Positions 42,864-56,575 of a DNA stretch of 64,000 bases are shown piece after piece. Under the pieces are notes generated by a model. That model ran no database searches. It was not told the DNA's origin and was given only the letters and a program-made list of their open reading frames with translations. A program made the position numbers and the translations under genes. The stretch lies in the NCBI RefSeq assembly GCF_009914755.1, contig NC_060930.1. One strand, written 5' to 3'. This DNA comes from the human T2T-CHM13v2.0 reference genome, Homo sapiens. Position 1 is the stretch's first letter. Each line of letters begins with the position of its first letter.

Positions 42864-44125
42864 TAGCTTACCAAATTTTCTAGCTGCCACCTCTCAAATC
42901 TTGAGCCTTGATAGAATGACTCAATTAAGAACATGAGAAATATCACCATAATGTGTGTGACCCCCTGAGCAGAATGCCAATTATCAGGGCATCTATGGAA
43001 TTATGGTGGAGAGGTGTCTCAGCCTTGTATATATCAATCTGAAAGTTCTAGGATATCTGCAAACCTCATTTCCTAAAAAAAGCTCATCATGTTCAGGTCA
43101 ACATGAGTCACTTAAACATGTTTGAAGCTATTGATATAGTCCTCTCAAATCTTCTCATAGAAAAATAAGTTTCATAGGTTTACTACCTAAATAACAAGGT
43201 AATACTTTATTTTATTGATTCGAAATTAACATTAAGATATTAAAAATTATCTCCTAGTTTTAGACATTGCGATTCAATCTCCAAGCCAGTTAATTTCATT
43301 ATTTTATGGAGGTTGATCACAACTCCATTTTAAACTCATCTTCTTATTATGAAAACACTAAGGAATAACCTCCAGTAACTATCCCAACTATCCACTTCAA
43401 ATAGTGCACTATGAGATATTTTAGGCGTAGTACACTGTCTAAAGTTTGAAACTTCCCTGTAAGTACCAACTACTAGCTTATTTACTAAGACCTTGATGGA
43501 TTGTACCTGGTTTCAATGGTTACTCAGTCTAATTTTAGCTGTGTCACTAGCAGAGTACAAATTCCCCCCTCTGCCCCCATTCCATAAATTTGTGCCTGAT
43601 CGCTCTTGAAACCAAAATACTTCCCACATCTATTTGTGGTTAATGATCCAGATAAACATATCCTTTTTACCTGTTGAAAAAGGACCCTGGGGAGTTGTAC
43701 CTGGAAGTCTTGGACCCTTCAGTAACTGCATGTACTTTTTTTCTCTTGCTACACCACAAACTTTATTTTTGTTAAAGCCTTATACGAGCAGACCTTAGTG
43801 AGTCCTGTGAGAGTTTTCAACTCTATAACCTTGTATAGATGTTGTACCTACCTATACTCCTCCATCCTAACCAAGGTGTCAGACTTTCTCATACCTTTCA
43901 ACCAAAGTAATTTTTACATGCCAGAGGCCCTCAGAAACTTCTAAGGTATAGCTTGAATATTTCTTTGACATTTTGTGTTTATCTGTAAATATATAAATTA
44001 TATTATTTCTCAAAATATTACCATGAGATTGTTATGCTGAAAAAATGTGCATCGTATTTCTCCTATGGGTTTCTTATATCCTCAGGATTCCTTCCCAGTC
44101 CTAGAATATCCTTTTCGGATCTGGT

Positions 44126-44239
44126 TAGGGTGATCAACCATTCAGATTTGCCTAGGACTGAGAAGGTTCAAGGGACATGGGACTCTCAGTGCTAAAACTA
44201 CTAAAGTCCCAGACAAACTGAAAGCAAATGGTCACCCTA
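44126..44239. mobile_element. MER81 (hAT-Blackjack) MITE
   Basis: TIRs tagggtgatca...tggtcacccta, 114 bp, core gggactctcagtgctaaaac; flanks gatctggt/gatcttag. Confidence 0.88.
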
Positions 44240-44362
44240 GATCTTAGACTTTTATGACTGAATATTAAATGATGACTTTTTGTTTTCCCATAAATTTACT
44301 AAAAAATGAGTTAGATTTATTGTGACAAGAGTTCATCTTTTCCAGGAAAACATTTATCCTAC

Positions 44363-44727
44363 TGTCTTTGTTCATTTTCTATTGCTAAAACAGATATCAC
44401 AAACTGGGTAATTTATAAAGAAATGTATTGCTTACAGTTCTAGAGACCTGGAAGTTCAAGGGCATGGTGACAGCTTCTGGCAAGGGCTTTCATACTACAT
44501 CACAACATGGTGGAGGGCATCACCTGGCCAGAGAGCAAGAGCATGTGTGTCAGCTCAGGTCTCTTTTCCCTTTGTTATAAAGCTTGCAGTCCCATCATAG
44601 GAGACTCACCCTGATTAACTTATCTAATTCCAAGTATCTCCCAAAGGCCCTAGCTCCAATCAACATATAAATTAGAGGATTCCAGTTCTACCACATGACA
44701 TTTGGGAGACATATTCAAATAATAACA
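44363..44727 (-). mobile_element. MST (C/D-like) MaLR solo LTR
   Basis: tgtctttgttcattttctattgctaaaacag...ctgggtaatttataaag...catattcaaataataaca. Confidence 0.8.
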
Positions 44728-44899
44728 CCCATTAAAAATGGGGTTGCTTGTAAAGATCATTGACTGATTTCACTGTGTTCAAGTAACTAAGAGTTTGCAT
44801 GTGAAAATGAAAAAAGTAACAGATTCATCAACAAGAATTAGATTGGAAGTCAAAAGGCCTAGATTTGAATACTGGATCTACCATATAACTCACTGCTGT

Positions 44900-45025
44900 A
44901 TTTATTTATTCAACGAATGTTTATTAATCTCCTGTTTCTTGCCAACACTGTGCTAAGCTACTAGGGAAACAGAACAATAAGTAAGATAGCCCCCACCATC
45001 ATGGGCTTACATTCAACTAGACAAA
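44900..45025 (-). mobile_element. L2 3'-end fragment
   Basis: atttatttattcaacgaatgtttattaatctcct...catgggcttacattcaactag. Confidence 0.7.
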
Positions 45026-47729
45026 TGATTGTTAAAGCCCCACTCAGCTTTAAAGTCCTATGGCTACTCTTACCTTATTCCATCATTTAGCAACCTGACC
45101 TTGCCCTTTCCTAACTATCTCCCCTCCCTATGGGCTTAAACTCTTATAAATGTGGAATCGTTGTCTCAGATAAAAGCTATTCTCATTCCTGAAGTAATGA
45201 GCTAAAGGAAAGATGCTTCTTCAGCTTTTCTTTATTCAACATAAATATGTCATCTGTGATCTTAGAAATACTGTTTTTCCTTGACATTGGGATTGAGATG
45301 ACCACTCGGAACAAATGCCTAAAGTCATTGCCAAAAATATTTTATTTAATAAAATTAAGGAAATGTATATACCAATACAACTCTTTGGAAGAAAGTCAGG
45401 ATTTAAGTTCATATATTCTCTAATATGTGGTTAAATATTTGAACTTAATTCTCTTGCCCCCTAAATCAGAAATTCTTCTGATTCTTTCTAAATAAAAATT
45501 CAAAAAGTGAAGTTTTATATTCTCACTGTTAATGCTGTTTAAGCAACACATTTTAAAAGAGCAACATTGAGGTGGTGAGCCAACTTTTAAGGGGGTGCCA
45601 TCTGCAGGAAATCTAACAACTAGCTGAATTCAGTGAAAGAGGATACAAGCTCTGTCTGGATTTTCTAGGATGGACTTGAATTTGACATGATAACAATGTA
45701 ACAATACCAAGCAGAGCAATGATACACCTGTGTTCATGTCTTCTGAATTATTATATCTACAACTGCAACTTTTCAGCTATTTACATACTTCTGTGTCTCT
45801 AAATAACATCTACTATGTAGCAAGAATAGGGATTTGTTCTGGCTTTGCCTATTCAAGAAACAAATCTTGTCTTCCCACAGTAATATGCTGCAGAATTGGG
45901 AAAACAAATATACTGATTGAACTGCTTTTTTTCATGCAACCATAAATTTATGTATCTTTATCTATTAGCATAAGCTTTCCCTTTTGTGCTACATTTCTCT
46001 GCACCTCAGATTACAATTTGTATGTTCCCTCTTTGGGTAACTGAACATGAAGGTGACCAAATACCAACTCTGAATATGTAAATTGGGAGAACCATAGTTA
46101 CTCATGTGAATGCATCATTCCAAAGTGTCAAACTCAGTCTTCTTGGACAATAAATAACTGTGTAGTAGTTCTACAGTTTTGTATTCAACTTTTATGTGTG
46201 AACATAATCTTTAAAATGCATTAAGAGTTTTTCTGCAAGCATACAAAGTTTAAACACTCTCGTGTGACCTGACTGACTCCTAGGTTGTCTAAACCTAAGA
46301 CTGAAGGGTTTCAAAAGATTTTGTTGAGTCCAAATTTAAGCAAATTCACAAGCCTAGAAGCAGAATGATGAAATGTGTGTTATATTTTACTCATCAAAAT
46401 TAAAGCTGAGCTATAGCTTATGAATTTGTTGGTGCAAATTTCACAAACTCATGCAGTTTTTCTCTTAACCTGCATTAACGGTTTCAACACTTTACAGAGT
46501 GACAGTGCTCTGTATTTTTGTCAGAAATCCAGCTTTTTACTAAAAAATGAAAGAAAAAAGGAGCAAGGATGCATCAATACTAACATGAATATGGAGTTAG
46601 CATATTAAAATTCATGAAGTCCTGTCAACTGAACTGATGCAAACTCTAGTTGCCCAAAATACATGATGACATTGCAAGCCAACAAAGATGAAAACAGCTC
46701 GAGAAAACTTTTTCTGATGCTATTTCATTCCTCTGAATATCAAGTAAGCTGCCTTTCTCCAGGTGGGGCCACATGCAGGTTCACCATTCTGTAAAGTTAG
46801 GCTGGAGCTGGTTTTCCAAGCCCAAGAGTTTTCTATCCCTCTGTTCTTTTTGCTCCATTCTCAGCATGCTCACTGCATATGGAACAGAAAAAAATCTCTG
46901 AACCGTGATCGCATTTTTCTCAGACAAGCAATGTCCTCTCTTGTCACTTGACTTGAATTGAAACCAAACAAGCCCCACAGATACATTTGTATTCAGACTC
47001 AGTAAAACGCTCCTTTATAATATTGTCTCAGGGACTATTCCAAAGAGCTCTGACTGGTTACCTTAACACGGGAGGCTGACTTAATGCGATCTGGGAATGA
47101 GGTAGAAGATACACAAGCCTGCTAGAATTCTGACAAGCCCTTAGGTAATGATCTAATAAAACATGGCTACAATTGTTAGTAGTTTAAACTGGCGAGTTTC
47201 TGAAGTTTTGCAAATTAAATAGGACAAGTCAATTTTTTCTAATTTGTAAATTAAATAGGACACATAAATGCTTTGAAATCCCGGGCTCTGTCACTCACAT
47301 TTTCTCAGAATCATCAATCATCATGAATCCTTTCATTAAAGCTCTTACAAAATGTGATATATTCTTACATACAGTTTGAAAAGAGTCTTGAAAAAACTCC
47401 TTAAGATCAAAGACCATGTCTGCTGTAGATTCTGTGAAATATTTAGCATTTGGCTAGCACAATACAAGTTTAATTATAATCGCAAGAATAATTATGTATA
47501 CATTCAGAAGGGACTTTGGGAGGTCAAAAGCTCAAAGACCCACCTTCAGGCTATGTGGCTGCAAAGCCTTCTCTGTAGATGAGAATTTATCCTATTTAAG
47601 AGAGCTCTAAAAATGAAAATCCCATAGCTTTCTACTTACTCCTTAATATATATAATCTGTCTTGGTTAGAAGTTTTCTTCCTTTAACATCTACTCTTTTA
47701 TTATTGGGCTTACACATTCATTATATAGA

Positions 47730-47927
47730 ATAGAGTGGTATCTAATAGAACTTTCTGTGAAAATGGTGTGTTCCATCTTACTGTAATATAGTAGTTACTA
47801 GCCACATGTGGCCATTGAACACTTGTGGCTAAAGCAGCTGAGAAACAGAATTTAGAATTTCAAGTTTAATTTTAAAGTGAACATAAATAGCCACATATGT
47901 CTGGTGGCTGGTCTTTTGGACAGTGTA
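47730..47927. mobile_element. MER3 hAT-Charlie DNA transposon
   Basis: tctaatagaactttctgtgaaaatgg...ctagccacatgtggccattgaacactt...aatagccacatatgtctggtggct...ttggacag. Confidence 0.85.
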
Positions 47928-47984
47928 TAATTCAAGAAAATATGTTCATCATTTTTTAAGTTAAAATATTACCTTCACTTTTTT

Positions 47985-49030
47985 GTTTGTTCAACAGATA
48001 TTTAAAAGGGAACCTCCCTTTATAAAAGGAGTGTATCCCATGCCAGACACAGTTCTAGGTAGAAGGAATACATTTGTGACTAAAAGGGAAAGAGCTCCAT
48101 TAATACAAAACTTACTTTCCAGTGGGGGGAAATAAACAAAATAATTAGAAATAGCATAAATATAATAAAGGAAAACAAGACAGTAATGTGAAGAAGAGTA
48201 ACAAGCTGGTTGTTAAACATGCTATTTTAGATAGAGTTATCAGGTGAGTGCTCTTTGGAACAAGGACATTTGAATTGAGACCTGGATGATGAGAAAAAGT
48301 CACTTCTGTTCAGATCCAAGGAAAAGTATCCCAGGAAAAAGGGATGAGCAAGGGCAAATGCCTGAGGCAGAACCTAGTTTGGCACATCAGGGAAGTGGGA
48401 AGGCCAGCATGACTGTAACTCAATAAAGGATGGAAAAGGAGAATGAGATAAGATAAAAGAAGCAAACTGAAGTTAGGTCAGGGCTTTAGAGATCGTAGGA
48501 AACAGCTGCTTTTATTCTGAAGAAATAGAAAACGTTTCAAGGCCTGAGCGCGTGCTCTGATTTACATGTCATAAAGATAACTCCTAATGCAAGAATATAG
48601 ATTATCAGATTGTAAGGAAGAAGCAAGGGAGTACTCAAAATGACGGCCTTGTGATAAAGAGCAATGGCAAGAGGTAGACAACGTGGAATAGTCTATATTC
48701 CAGAAAATTTTGCAGATAAAAACTGATGGATGAGTGGATGGGGGAGAAAAATTAAGAAAGAGCCTTAGGACTTTGATTTTAGGAACTTGTTGACTGAGAT
48801 GGAGAAAACTGAGGAAGGCATAAGCTTGTAAGGGTTAAATCAAGAATTAAATCTTAAATATGTTGTCATTAAGATGCAAATGGCATTAAGATGTCAAATC
48901 CTTAAGAAATAAGATACAAATCTGAAGCGTATGCTAACAATATGCATTAGAAGTCCTCAGCAGAGTTGGTATTTAAAGACATAGGACAGGATATGGTCAT
49001 TTAGGGAAAGTATGCAGATAAAGAAAAGAG
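47985..49030 (-). mobile_element. L2a-like fragment (~1 kb)
   Basis: tgccagacacagttctagg; gacatttgaattgagacctggatgatgagaa; ttggtatttaaagacataggacaggat. Confidence 0.8.
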
Positions 49031-49789
49031 GTCAAAATAGTTACAGGGGAATAGTTAGAGCAATAGTTACAAAATAGTTCAGCAATAATTACAAAATAAA
49101 GGGGAAGATCATAACTAAGCCTTCTTGTAGGCCTATTTACTTTAGACAATGCTTCCAGAACCTACTCTGAATTATAATCATCGTGTGGCTAGAATTTGAA
49201 ACCTCTATATAAAATGTACAGGTCTAGACACTTCAGTCACATCAATTTAACTATAGTTCAGCAAATACATTATTGATTCAGATGTCTATGATTTTATACA
49301 CATCATCATTTAGTCTAAAAGTCAGTATTTTTGCCTACACTCTCCCATTACCAATAAGCTGAAAATTTCAACTCTTCCTTCAAGAATTCATTAATAGATC
49401 CTTCTCTGTTCCCTGACTCCTTTGTGAGTGACCTTGTGACTAACTCTGTTGCAGCCATTATTTGTTTTCAGATCAACCTGCCAAAATAATGTAAACACTT
49501 TGAGAATAGATATTATAGTCATCTTTGTATCTCTAGTATCTAGCACAGAGTTTTATTTATTCAGGGGCAATAGGATAGTTGCTACTTCAAAACTATGCTA
49601 GTTTCTCTTCTAAATCCTGCCTCACAATAAGAGAATTCTCTTCAAGCTCAGCACAAGCAATATCACTTATATTTTCTTCTCTGGGCTTCTTGGGGTCATC
49701 TTTTCTATTTGTAAGTTTGCCAAAAGCATAATTAAGATTCTCAATCCAAAAGAGATTCATTGCTCTTCAACTAAAAAATATTGTGTTTC

Positions 49790-49975
49790 TGTTGTGTTTC
49801 AAGCTTTCAGAACAAGACTCTCCTAATAAACTTGTTAAAAATTCTTATTTCCCAGATTCACCTTTTGAATTCTGAACCTGTATGTCTGAGTTGGATTTTA
49901 GAAATGTGCAGTTTTATTTAGTGTCCTAAGAAATGCTGATGGAGGGAGACCTTTTGCAACATCTTGAGCAATAGT
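49790..49975. mobile_element. MER5-like remnant
   Basis: cttgttaaaaattcttatttccca...aattctgaacctgtatgtctgagttgg...aaatgtgcagtttt. Confidence 0.55.
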
Positions 49976-51759
49976 TCAAGGGTTGCAAAAAGCAATCCCA
50001 TTCTCCATTTGGACTCAAAGGCACCTAGTAACACAGACACAGAAAGAGTCATATTAAATTACATATTATTTAGAGGAAAATTATTTAGAAAACAATTTTA
50101 GAAAATGTCTAATTACCAGAACTTTTTTCTTAATTCCATTTTAGAGAGGGCTAAGTAAAAATGCATTCTAATATTGTTGTCCCTGTATCTAATCAGATAT
50201 CTGTATAGAATGCAAAATTATGCACAAATTCAAAGACAAGTTGTTAGTTCTATTTATCATCCCATTCTATAGGTGGCTTTCTAAAAATCTATGAAATTTA
50301 TAGCATTAATCTACTCTTTCTTTTAAGCATGTTTTTCTTCTTAATACCAATAGATTATTTATAGCCTCATGACACTTAGACAATCAAAATTTTGGTCATT
50401 CTATTAGCTCAGTGAAAATAGAGAGAGAGAAAGCTACACAAACCTGAGAAAGAACACCTAGCTATTTCAAGTGATAAACATATAGCACGGGATGCCAGAG
50501 GAGATCAGAAACAGCTGCAACAGCCATGGTTCCATTCATCAACAAAGCCGATTCTGCTGCCCTGGTAAGCGCTACAGAAATCCCCTTCCTTGTATCTAAA
50601 CCTGTGTTTCTTCCAAAGCGCTGTATTTTGACAAGACAGACCTCCCTAACTCAGGAGGACCAGTCTGTTCAAGGGGACATAATGAGATATTCTCTTTGAA
50701 AACTTCGATCTGAAAATATCTAACAATATTTTAAATACAGTTCTTTTATAAGCGGATCATCCACTCAAAAGCAAAACTCAAATGCTGATATGTAGCAACA
50801 GCTGGTTCTGAGTTTTACATGAATGGCAATGACTGGTGCAGACCTGAGGTGTTATCAACTGTGCAGTTTCAATAAGATAAATTAAGAGCCTACATCTTTA
50901 TCAGTAACTGAACCAGCGAGTTCACATAGCTCTAAAGATAATTTCTATGCATTTTTGAGGTTGCAGGATCTACCCATCTGTAGTTCAATAACTACAGCAG
51001 CACTAAAACCTCTGATCAATAGCCCAAAGCTAAATAGTGACCCAGGAGAAAATCTATTTTTGCCAGAAATGTTTGAATCTTTTCCTAAGTGGTGGACCAC
51101 AGTCACCACCAAAGTATTTACCCTGATTAACTCCTCATGTACAATTCCCTCAGGATGAATTAAAAGTATTTTCTACCCAATCTTCTAAACGGTAAATTCT
51201 CTAATTTCCCCCAAATTACTGTCGCATTAGTCAGCTGGCCGATCCTTTAAAACTTCATGCTGGGATTCTTTCCAACAAATTTCAAAACTGAGCTGTTAAA
51301 TCTAATATGCTCTCTAAGAAGTAAGCAGATGTTTTAGGCACAACTATTTCTCAATAGATCACAGTCTTGCTTTGGTCCAGCTTGCTGTAAAAATAATTAA
51401 CAAAAATGTAAGACTTTTCAGTATTGCTTCAGTATTCCAACACATGTTAACTCTAAAGAAATGGCTATGGCATAAAAGTGGACTCTTGATTCTCTTACAG
51501 AATGGATGAGATTAAGTGTAGCAAAATGTTGCCATTGATAAACAGTAAAAATTAAAGGTGAAAAGAGTCAATGAAACAAGATTATCAAAGGCTCTATATA
51601 AGTATTGGGTTTTTTTATTCTACAGGCAATGGAAGATCATTGAAGAATTATGAGAATGAGAGTTGCTTATTCCTACCTCCAGCCTCAGTGCATTCTAGAG
51701 ATGCAAAATGATTGCATGCTTGAGATGTGAAAAGTATGAAATGGTTACCATGGTCATGG

Positions 51760-52035
51760 AGGTAGTGTAGCATCATGTATAAAATCCCAGACTAAGTGTA
51801 ACTATCACTTAGAATTCTAATTCTGTTACATATTAGCTGTATGACTTTGGGCAAGCTATTACATCTCTGCACATCATTTTCCTTGTGTATTAAGAAAAGG
51901 AATAATAATGGCATCTTAAGTAAAACATCTTATCAGGATTTCATACCATCTTAAGCACTACTGATGAGCAGTGCTTAGAACAGCACCTGATACATAGTAA
52001 TCCCTCAATAAATGTTAGTTATTAGCATTACTATT
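51760..52035 (+). mobile_element. MIR SINE
   Basis: tagctgtatgactttgggcaagctatt...gtgcttagaacagcacctgatacatagtaatccctcaataaatgttagttatt. Confidence 0.85.
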
Positions 52036-52039
52036 AATG

Positions 52040-52280
52040 TACTACTTACTGTTTGGTGTGCTCTTTATGTATTATCTGATATTATCCACAAAATACATTA
52101 ACAAAATAATTTAATATTAATTATTCAATAAATAACTCCTCACAATGATCCTTATTTTATAGCAGAGGTAATTGATACTCAAAGACACTAAATAATTCTA
52201 CAAGGTTGCACATCTACTAGGTTAGAAAGCCAAGACTGCAATGGAGTCTTCTGACTCTAGAATCTGTGCTCTTCATCACC
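52040..52280 (-). mobile_element. MIR SINE, tail-to-tail with the previous MIR
   Basis: ttattttatagcagaggtaattgatactcaaagac...caaggttgcacatctactagg...ctgactctagaatctgtgctctt. Confidence 0.75.
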
Positions 52281-52928
52281 ACTCTTTTCTTCATTGAGCA
52301 GCTTTATTAATACAATTAGATGAGCATAACAAGGAAGAAATGCATTTCATCAATATTCTCCAGGTGATGAATTACATGGCATTAGCTAGATCTGTGATAA
52401 CATCATTTAAGATGTTCTGTTAGCCAAATATTTTATCTTTCCATCCACACAAACACAAACAACCAAAATTCTTAAGAACATTTACCTTAAGTAATCTTTA
52501 AATCTCCAAAAATTACATTTCAAAAAGTCTACATCTGATAATCTATCAACTTTACATATCCCTTTATCTTCCCATTCCAGTTCCTTCTCTCTAATAATTG
52601 GCATCATTAGGGCTGTGCTTTAAACAGATTTCTACATCATCAGTAAGCTGGTTGGATTGAACCAGGAAGAGACCAGGAAAATGAGCCCAATTCAGAAGCT
52701 ACTGCAGTAGTTTAGAAAAATAAAAATGGTCTGAACTACAGGAATAGCAACAGTAATTTTTAAAAGAAACAAAAAACAGGAATGAGGTGCTGTAGAACTA
52801 AAACTGAAGGAAGCTGATGGTTAAGTTTATGTAGAAGGTAAAAAAGGGGAGGGAGGAAGCTTTGATCCAGGATGACCAGTATGATATAAATAACATATTA
52901 TGTGGAACCTTAAAAAAGTTGTAGGGCA

Positions 52929-53566
52929 ATAAACACACGTGTGCACGTGTCTTTAGAGCAGCATGATGTATAATCCTTTGGGTATATACCCAGTAATGGG
53001 ATTGCTGGGTCAAATGGTAATTCTAGTTCAAGATCCCTGAGGAATCACCACACTGACTTCCACAATGGTTGAACTAGTTTACAGTATGTTTATTGCGGCA
53101 CTATTCACAATAGCAAAGACTTGGAACCAAGCCAAATGTCCAACAATAACAGACTGGATTAAGAAAATGTGGCACATATACACCATGGAATACTATGCAG
53201 CCATAAAAAATGATGAGTTCATGTCCTTTGTAGGGACATGGATAAAGCTGGAAACCATCATTCTCAGCAAACTATCGCAAGGACAAAAACCAAACACCGC
53301 ATGTTCTCACTCATAGGTGGGAATCGAACAATGAGAACACATGGACACAGGAAGGGGAACATTACACACCCGGGCCTGTTGTGGGGTAGGGGCAGGGGGG
53401 AGGGATAGCATTAGGAGATACACCTAATGTTAAATGACGAGTTGATGGGTGCAGCACACCAACATGGCACATGTATACATATGTAACTAACCGGCACATT
53501 GTGCACATGTACCCTAAAACTTAAAGTATAATAAAAATAAAACATAAAAAAAAATAAAAATAAATA
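52929..53566 (+). mobile_element. Short L1PA (PA4-6-like) with 5' inversion
   Basis: Antisense L1 ~52926-53085, then sense L1 from ~53084 to the poly-A; 17-bp TSD aaaaaagttgtagggca at 52912-52928 and 53567-53583; TT/AAAA site. Confidence 0.96.
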
Positions 53567-53859
53567 AAAAAAGTTGTAGGGCATAGAAAAGCACACCCAA
53601 AGGCAGCCTGAAAACCCAAAACCACCCTGGAAAAGAATATTAATCACAATGCTTTCTTGAGTCCTGTGTCCCATTACCTTGATTACATGCTCTAAATTTT
53701 CAGCATTGGATCAAAGATTTTAGCCTATTGTTTGCTAGTTTCTAAACTTTTAGTAACCTTTTGTAGTCCTAATGGCTGCCTCCTCACATTCCTGCCTCTG
53801 AGAGTATGGATCAAAACTTCAAACTTCTCAGCAATCCCCTATTCCTGGCTTTTATTCTG

Positions 53860-54410
53860 AAGTCAATAGGTAAAAATGAAAGCAAGATAGATGATGAACT
53901 GTAAAAGAGTGGGAAGATAAGTCTGATTTTGAATTCACCCATATTTAGCTATTAAGAGTATAGTCCAAATATAGGTCTATGACTTTTAGTAGAAAGAAAA
54001 TAGAGAGATATATTTTGGAATCCTCTAAGTAGGGAGGATTGCCTAGCTACAAAAATAAATGAGGATTCCAAGAGAGAAGTATTTAGACAGAAAAGAGAAC
54101 TGGCCTAAGAATAGACTATAAGGGAATGCCTACATTTAGAGGAAATCAAGCCTGGAAAAAAGACCCAGAAAGAATATTAGAGTAGTAGGAGCTTAACCAG
54201 AAGTGTGATCTCACAGAAATCAAGAAAGTGGAGTTGGACATGGTGTTGCGTACCTATAGTCTCAGTTACTTGGGAGGCTGAGGAGGGAAAAATCCCTTAA
54301 GCCCAGGAATTCAAGACCAGCCTGCAAAACATAGTGAGACCCTGTCTCAAAATAAAAGAAAAAAGAAACCAAAGAAGTGGAGATTGCCAACAATGTATTC
54401 AAATTCAGAG
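53860..54410 (-). mobile_element. L2 fragment interrupted by FLAM
   Basis: ctaagaatagactataagggaatgcctacatttagagg; gagtagtaggagcttaaccagaagtgtgatctcacagaaatcaag. Confidence 0.6.
54233..54363 (+). mobile_element. FLAM (free left Alu monomer, FLAM_A-like)
   Basis: ~120-nt monomer ...cctatagtctcagttacttgggaggctgagg...gagaccctgtctcaaaa; degenerate 18-bp TSD agaaatcaagaaagtgga / agaaaccaaagaagtgga. Confidence 0.85.
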
Positions 54411-54414
54411 GACT

Positions 54415-55066
54415 ATAGTGGATATGCATTGTTTTGGGTTGCCCACATTCCTGTCCTCAGATAACAGCACTTCCTCCCCTCTTCTTGCAATGAGAGAACA
54501 TCTGCTTCTCAATACCAATTGTGGTTCCAATTGGGGCCATCCATTTTAATACTATTCCCACCCTCGCCTGAGACACAGGTATGCTAAGAGTCCCAAACGT
54601 GACCAAACATGGTACTTCAATCCCTGACCACAACTCCTGAGCCTCATAGAACCAAAGTCCAATTTATTTGAATCCTTCCCCTATACATGGAAGGAAGGGA
54701 TGAGGAAGAATTCTCCTTAAGGTTGACAAAGCTGTAAAAATATGAGTTTGAAACATGTGACTAGTGGTGACTAATGGTTTTTTCCTCAATAATTTGGAAA
54801 ATCTAGTCCTCAGTAGCATATTCAGAAAGAAGTAAAGAGAGATTGCAAGAGACATTTCTGACAGCTCAAATCCCAGGGAGTCCTATTTCTGCATTGATTC
54901 TTGCTTTCCTATGACTGATTTTTTTTACTACTACTTTCTTTTAATTTGCACACTTCCCTAGAATCACTGTAATAAATGCCCCCTCCTGTCTTTTTTTTTT
55001 TTTTTAACCTTGTTCTATCTCTTCACAGTAAGGCTTTTGCCACAAACAACTAAGAATCCTGACTAA
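54415..55066 (+). mobile_element. Old MLT1-family LTR (subfamily uncertain)
   Basis: 3' end ttttgccacaaacaactaagaatcctgactaa and upstream aataaatgccc resemble MLT1J/K/L ends. Confidence 0.5.
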
Positions 55067-55974
55067 AGGAGAGATTACTGAAGGGAATGAGAAGAAGCTG
55101 CAAGATTTTATAACTTGTAGTTTGTAGGTAACCTGAAGGAAACTGGAATCAGAAAATTGTTGGCAATAGAAAATAGATGTCAAGGTTAAGGACAAAAGTG
55201 TGGTGAAGAAGTGAATCAGTAAAGGTGAGCTGGATTTCTGACAAATGTGGAAGGAAGAAAAGGGGCAGTAATTTTAAAGAATAACAGGTTTATAAGAGAA
55301 CGTGCTCCCTCTTACCACACATACATACACAATTCTTTATAAATTAATAAATATTTTATTATGAAGGGGTTGTGATATTGTGATTCAAAAAAGTACACAG
55401 CTCCTCTTCAGTATTTGTCTGTGTCATTTTCTAGTAAACATAAACAAGGTCAATCAACCCTGTAGAGTTAATATAAATTTTCAGAAAAAAAAGTTTTGGT
55501 TTCATTGGTATTTTTTAAGTGATTTTGTTTCTGTGTTCAAAATATATTTATTAAAGTTTCTTTTGAAAATGACAGGGCTTTTTTTTTTTTTTTTTTTGCT
55601 ACGCTGAGGGAAGCCGACAAAAGAATTTTAGTTGATTTGGGTACCATATCATTAACAGAGGAACACGGGGGGTTCCTGTGGATGACAGATGGTCAATAAA
55701 TATGCGGAACTTACTACCATAGAGTTGATTCTCTGTCTCCCTATCTGGAGTTCTCCTCTCAAAGCTCTGGTTCCTCAAACCTGAAACCTAGGGGTGGAGG
55801 TGAAGGAGATGGTGGTCTTCATACAGAAAATTGGGTCTCTGAGCAGATTTTAGTAGAGAAGAGGACTCTGCAATTCACTTCAGGGAAAGGAGAGAAACCC
55901 CTCACTGTTACCACACTGTGGTCAGCGTGAAAGTTTCCACTGCAGCTTACAAAACAAACCACAATATGTATGCA

Positions 55975-56165
55975 GACCTATACTATCCAATTTTATTTTT
56001 ACAACATCCCTGTGAGAAAGCCAGAGGAGATGTCATCATCCACTTTTAAGACATAAAGCAAAGAAGGTTCACACAGATTTATGTGATTTACCAAAATCAT
56101 TCAACCACTAAGCAGGAAAGCCAAGAATTCAGCCCAGATCTCCTGACACAAACTCCAGACTGTAC
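55975..56165 (-). mobile_element. MIR SINE
   Basis: acaacatccctgtgag...catccacttttaagacataaagcaaagaaggttcacacag...aagccaagaattcagcccagatctcctgac. Confidence 0.7.
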
Positions 56166-56424
56166 GCATTTCCCTTGCCTCTTCTGTTCTGAAGTTTTTA
56201 GCTGCTTCTCTACTGTGACAAAGGCCAGTGGCATAATTAGAAACATGTCTTTTACACCTTTGACTTCTTAAATTTTACACAAACCATGGGAATGGATCTT
56301 CCTCATTTTGGAGTTCTCTCTGTCTGAATTTAGGTGTTTGGGATACATTCATTCACATGCACAAACGCATTGTTGATGGCTTTTTCCAATTTAAGGAAAT
56401 CATACTAGCTACCAGAAGCAGCAA

Positions 56425-56575
56425 CTGATATTTATTATGCACCCACTGCGTGGCAGATATTTTGTAAATATGATCTTACTTAATCCTAAGCCTTAAGACA
56501 TGGGCATTCACTTCTAAGAAAAGGCCACCAAGTGAAGAACCAGGATACAAACCCATGTCTGGATTAGGTCACTAA
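56425..56575 (-). mobile_element. MIR fragment
   Basis: atttattatgcacccactgcgtggcagata...cttacttaatcct...ccaggatacaaacccatgtctg. Confidence 0.55.

Noticed and set aside
55578-55960. T-run followed by CpG-containing sequence as a possible processed pseudogene
   Set aside because: No TSD, no minus-strand poly(A) signal next to the run and no recognisable parent sequence.
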